Of a DNA stretch of 32,000 nt, positions 28,815-32,000 are shown one piece after another. The notes below the pieces were generated by a model. That model was not told where the DNA came from. It did not search any database and was given only the letters and a program-made list of their open reading frames with translations. The DNA is from Candidatus Saccharimonadota bacterium (GTDB taxonomy: Bacteria > Bacteroidota > Bacteroidia > Flavobacteriales > Blattabacteriaceae): positions 270,001 to 302,000 of the forward strand of contig NZ_CP006873.1 in the NCBI RefSeq assembly GCF_000709555.1. The letters are read 5' to 3'. The translations under genes were made by a program, and so were the position numbers. Numbering within the stretch: position 1 is the stretch's first letter; every line of letters begins with the position of its first letter.

Positions 28815-29551
28815 TTTTGAGATACAAATTTTTCAAGTGATTTTCTTTCTTTTTCAGTAATAATTCTCCATTGTCCTTTTTTAAGAGATTTCTTGGTAAG
28901 CCCACAAAACGATATTCTATCAAGATTGACTATTTTATAACCTAAATATTCAAAAATTCTCCTAACTATTCTGTTCCACCCTATATGTAAAGTCAAGCTG
29001 ACTCTATTTTTTGGAATTCCCGGTATATAAGAAATTACATCTATTTTAGCTTTCCCCTCAGGGAAATTAATTCCTTTTTTAATTGTTTCAAAATCAAAGA
29101 TTTTAAATTTTCGGTTTAGTCTAACATGATAAATTTTTCTTATCTTATATTTTGGATGTATCATTTTTTCAGCTAAATCCCCATTATTAGTAAATAACAA
29201 AACACCTGTGGTTTGTTTATCCAGTCTTCCTACTGGATAAAGTCTATATGGTGAAGCATTCGATACCAGATCCATTACAGTTTTTCTATTTTTCTCGTCA
29301 CGAGTAGTAGTGATAAAACCTTTAGGTTTATTTAAAAGGATGTACACTTTTTCTTCTGGATAAAGAAATCTATTATAAAATTTGACTCGATCATTAGGAA
29401 ATACTCTGTAACCAGGTTCTTTCACAATTTTCCCATTTATTTCTACTATTCCGGTTTTTATAAATGTCTCAGATGTTCTTCTAGAAGAGACTCCAGAATG
29501 GGCAAGATACCTATTTAATCGAATTCCTTTTAGGATTTTTTTTAATTTCAT
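28811..29551 (-). CDS. rluB: pseudouridine synthase, RsuA/RluB family
   Basis: 246 aa. N-terminal S4 domain (RLNRYLAHSGVSSRR) and catalytic GRLDKQTTGVLLFTNNGDL. Confidence 0.9.
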   Translation of the reverse strand: MKLKKILKGIRLNRYLAHSGVSSRRTSETFIKTGIVEINGKIVKEPGYRVFPNDRVKFYNRFLYPEEKVYILLNKPKGFITTTRDEKNRKTVMDLVSNASPYRLYPVGRLDKQTTGVLLFTNNGDLAEKMIHPKYKIRKIYHVRLNRKFKIFDFETIKKGINFPEGKAKIDVISYIPGIPKNRVSLTLHIGWNRIVRRIFEYLGYKIVNLDRISFCGLTKKSLKKGQWRIITEKERKSLEKFVSQK

Positions 29552-29739
29552 TTATATTTTAAATAAAACATGGGATTGAAGTACATATAGTTAGAGAATT
29601 TAAAACGCTACATTTTAAAAATTCCTATTGTCGGTCATCTAGTATTTTTAGCTTCGTTCTCTAGATTTTCTAGAGCGAGAGACATAAGTTACCCCATTTG
29701 CGCTTAATGAAATTGCTGTCTTTAGATCTGATAGATGCC

Positions 29740-29760
29740 GAAGAAGAAGAAGAAGAAGAA
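29740..29760. repeat. (GAA)7 microsatellite
   Basis: Seven perfect tandem GAA units, read directly in the sequence inside an ORF-free spacer. Confidence 0.95.
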
Positions 29761-29960
29761 TTTTTAACTTATTATTAGTCATATGGACTTATCATATCTA
29801 CTCCTACTGTATCTCCAGCTTATTCATTCAGCTGCGGTACACCTAATAATAACAATTTAGGAATTTCTTTCCGATTATTAATAATAAGAGTAATTCGGAA
29901 CCGTACTTTATTCTTTTAACCCGGATCAGTTTAAAACTTATTATAAAACATTTATAGATA
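29761..29960 (-). pseudogene. unassigned gene relic (weak ABC-ATPase-like Walker B resemblance)
   Basis: The minus-strand frame reads FRITLIINNRKEIPKLLLLGVPQLNE*AGDTVGVDMISPYD***. It is reminiscent of ...ARAL..NPK.LLLDEP... but lacks the D-E pair. No ORF survives. Confidence 0.2.
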
Positions 29961-29962
29961 AG

Positions 29963-30035
<73 letters not shown>

Positions 30036-30096
30036 ATCACAAATCTAAAAGAAAATATAACCTTTATCAAGAGAGATCGAGAATCATCAAGCATTG

Positions 30097-30170
30097 TGAC
30101 CTAAGAGGGATTCGAACCCTCACTTTGGGATCCGGAATCCCACGTTCTATCCTATTTAAACTAAGAGGTC
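30097..30170 (-). tRNA. tRNA-Arg (anticodon CCG), acceptor stem with two mismatches
   Basis: The minus strand reads GACCTCT-TA-GTTT-AAATAGGATA-GAAC-G-TGGGA-TTCCGGA-TCCCA-AAGT-GAGGG-TTCGAAT-CCCTC-TTAGGTC-A. The D, anticodon and T arms pair, but acceptor pairs 6:67 (C/T) and 7:66 (T/T) do not. The 5' end abuts the pth stop codon. Confidence 0.8.
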
Positions 30171-30740
30171 TTAGAACTTTTTATTAAAAATATTCATTGT
30201 CTTTTGTAATCCACTCATTACAAAAGAAATAATCGCCTTCCCTGCTTCATCTATAGACTTCGATAGTACTAAAAACTCTTCATTTGTCCACTCACTTAAG
30301 ACGTAATCTTTTTGTTTTCCTCTTTCAAATTTCCCCCCTATACCTATTCTAAAACGAGGATAATGAGAAGTAGTAAGTATCTCTTGTATATTTTTCAACC
30401 CTTTATGCCCTCCATCACCCCCCTTATCACGAATCCGGAATGTCCCTAACTTAAGATGAATATCATCTGTAATGATGAGAAGTTTCTCTCTAAGAATTTT
30501 TTCTTTTTCCATCCAATATTTGACCGATATTCCGCTTAAATTCATAAAAGTATTAGGTTTTAGTAGTATAAATAGTTTTCCTCTGAAAGAAAAAGATAAA
30601 AGATTTCCCAACCTACATGGAGAAAAATTTATCCTATAGTTCTGAGCTAAGATATCTAGGACCATATAACCAATGTTATGACGAGTATGTTGATAACTAA
30701 AACCTTTATTACCTAAACCTACAATCAGATACTTCTCCAT
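30171..30740 (-). CDS. pth: peptidyl-tRNA hydrolase
   Basis: 189 aa with LIVGLGNKGFSYQHTRHNIG and the GHKGLKNI block. Confidence 0.95.
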   Translation of the reverse strand: MEKYLIVGLGNKGFSYQHTRHNIGYMVLDILAQNYRINFSPCRLGNLLSFSFRGKLFILLKPNTFMNLSGISVKYWMEKEKILREKLLIITDDIHLKLGTFRIRDKGGDGGHKGLKNIQEILTTSHYPRFRIGIGGKFERGKQKDYVLSEWTNEEFLVLSKSIDEAGKAIISFVMSGLQKTMNIFNKKF

Positions 30741-30749
30741 TTTAAAAGA

Positions 30750-31751
30750 CTATAAGCTAGAATAGGAACGCCATTTTTTTATAACTTCATTCATTTCTTT
30801 GGGTAAAGAAACTTCAAAATACATATTTTTATTACTTATAGGATGAATAAAATTTAAAGATTGAGCGTGCAAAAATTGACCATGTAAAAAAGAAAAACAA
30901 TTCTTTACAAATTGTTGATATTCTTTAGAAAATGTTCCTTTTAAAATTTTATTTCCTCCATATTGAATATCATTAAACAAAGGATGACCAATATACTTAA
31001 AATGTGCTCGTATTTGATGAGTCCGTCCAGTTTCTAAACGACATTTTAACAAAGTAACAGAACTGAATTGTTCCCTAATTTTGTAATAAGTAACGGCAGG
31101 CTTTCCTAAAGAACCATCAGGAAAAACTTTCATTATAGTTCTATTTCGAAGACTTCTACCTATATTTCCACTAATCTTTCCTGATTTTTCTATATTTCCC
31201 CAAACTAAAGCCAGATAATATCGTTGTGTGTTTTTACAAAAAAATTGTCTAGACAAATGTTGAAAATTATAATTATCTTTAGCTACTACTATAAGACCAC
31301 TAGTATCCTTATCAACTCTATGAACTATCCCCATCCGTTGACAAGGATCTTGTTTTTTTAAATAATATTTAAGAGCGTTTAAAAGCGTCCCATCATAATT
31401 TCCATTTCCAGGATACATTGCCATAGCTGTTGGCTTATTAATTACTAATAAATATTCATCTTCATATACAATATTTAAAGGAATGTTTTCTGCAATAACG
31501 TTAAAAACTGGATCTTTCATTATAAAACTTACATCATCCTTAAATTTTACTATATAATTTTGTTTTACAGGTATATCATTTACTAAAATCTTTCCTGATT
31601 TTATAGCATTTTTTATTTTACTACGAGTAGGATGTTGGATCATATTAACTAAAAATTTATCAATTCTAATGGGATTTTGTTTGATATCTACTTTTAAATA
31701 AAAGCGTTTATAGCATAAATTGTGATTATAAAATGTCTCGCATTTCCACAT
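30750..31751 (-). CDS. rluD: 23S rRNA pseudouridine synthase, RluA/RluD family
   Basis: S4 domain (IRIDKFLVN...) and catalytic [15 protein letters not shown]. The ORF is open up to ATG 31823, but that extension overlaps the well-supported rseP N-terminus by 63 nt. The ATG at 31751 ([10 protein letters not shown]...) is therefore my preferred start, and the choice remains uncertain. Confidence 0.88.
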   Translation of the reverse strand: MWKCETFYNHNLCYKRFYLKVDIKQNPIRIDKFLVNMIQHPTRSKIKNAIKSGKILVNDIPVKQNYIVKFKDDVSFIMKDPVFNVIAENIPLNIVYEDEYLLVINKPTAMAMYPGNGNYDGTLLNALKYYLKKQDPCQRMGIVHRVDKDTSGLIVVAKDNYNFQHLSRQFFCKNTQRYYLALVWGNIEKSGKISGNIGRSLRNRTIMKVFPDGSLGKPAVTYYKIREQFSSVTLLKCRLETGRTHQIRAHFKYIGHPLFNDIQYGGNKILKGTFSKEYQQFVKNCFSFLHGQFLHAQSLNFIHPISNKNMYFEVSLPKEMNEVIKKWRSYSSL

Positions 31752-31760
31752 TTTAACCAG

Positions 31761-32000
31761 ATGAAGATTTTGATTCAAATTTGTCAATTGATTCTTAGTT
31801 GTTTTATCCTTGGAATCTTGCATGAACTAGGTCATTTTTTATCAGCTAAATTATTTAAAATTCGCGTATACCGATTTGTTATATTCTTTGATCCGTGGTT
31901 TTCTATTTTCGAAAAAAAAATTGGATCTACTGTTTATGGTATAGGATGGCTTCCTCTAGGTGGCTATGTAAAAATTAATCAAGAACAAATAACCCGTCCA
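31761..32000 (+). CDS. rseP: RIP metalloprotease RseP (site-2 protease), 5' part, runs off the window end
   Basis: Not in the ORF track because there is no stop in the window. ATG 31761 gives [72 protein letters not shown]. It has the HExxH motif about 20 aa from the start, as in flavobacterial RseP. Confidence 0.9.
   Translation, partial: MKILIQICQLILSCFILGILHELGHFLSAKLFKIRVYRFVIFFDPWFSIFEKKIGSTVYGIGWLPLGGYVKINQEQITRP

Overview
AT-rich (roughly 30% GC by eye), standard-code, very gene-dense window. It reads like part of a strongly reduced Flavobacteriales (Bacteroidota) insect-endosymbiont chromosome of the Blattabacterium / Sulcia / Uzinura / Walczuchella type. That placement is an inference from protein signatures: a Thx ribosomal protein, flavobacterial-type RseP, MetF and RluD N-termini, and asnS-rpoN adjacency. 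About 35 intact housekeeping genes are present: sucC (partial), asd, a SpoU/TrmH methyltransferase, rnpA, Thx, sufS-D-C-B, lepA, rplU-rpmA, serS, metF, frr, asnS, rpoN, gltX, acpP, leuA-C-D-B, tyrS, era, engB, aroQ, rluB, pth, rluD and rseP (partial). There are four tRNAs: fMet-CAT, Leu-CAA, Phe-GAA and Arg-CCG. I see no mobile elements, CRISPR, phage, toxin or defence genes, so I do not claim a novel system of that kind. The structure the ORF track does not explain is genome erosion. The long ORF-free gaps I could read are gene corpses: an F1-ATPase beta subunit (atpD) pseudogene, a KAS II (fabF) pseudogene and a sufA/iscA A-type carrier pseudogene. Two further relic-like spacers remain unassigned. 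An intact acpP sits stranded between the atpD and fabF corpses. Other points: a 35-aa Thx gene falls below the ORF-track cutoff, rluD and rseP have back-to-back or overlapping starts, the tRNA-Arg has a flawed acceptor stem, and several track ORFs have over-extended TTG starts.
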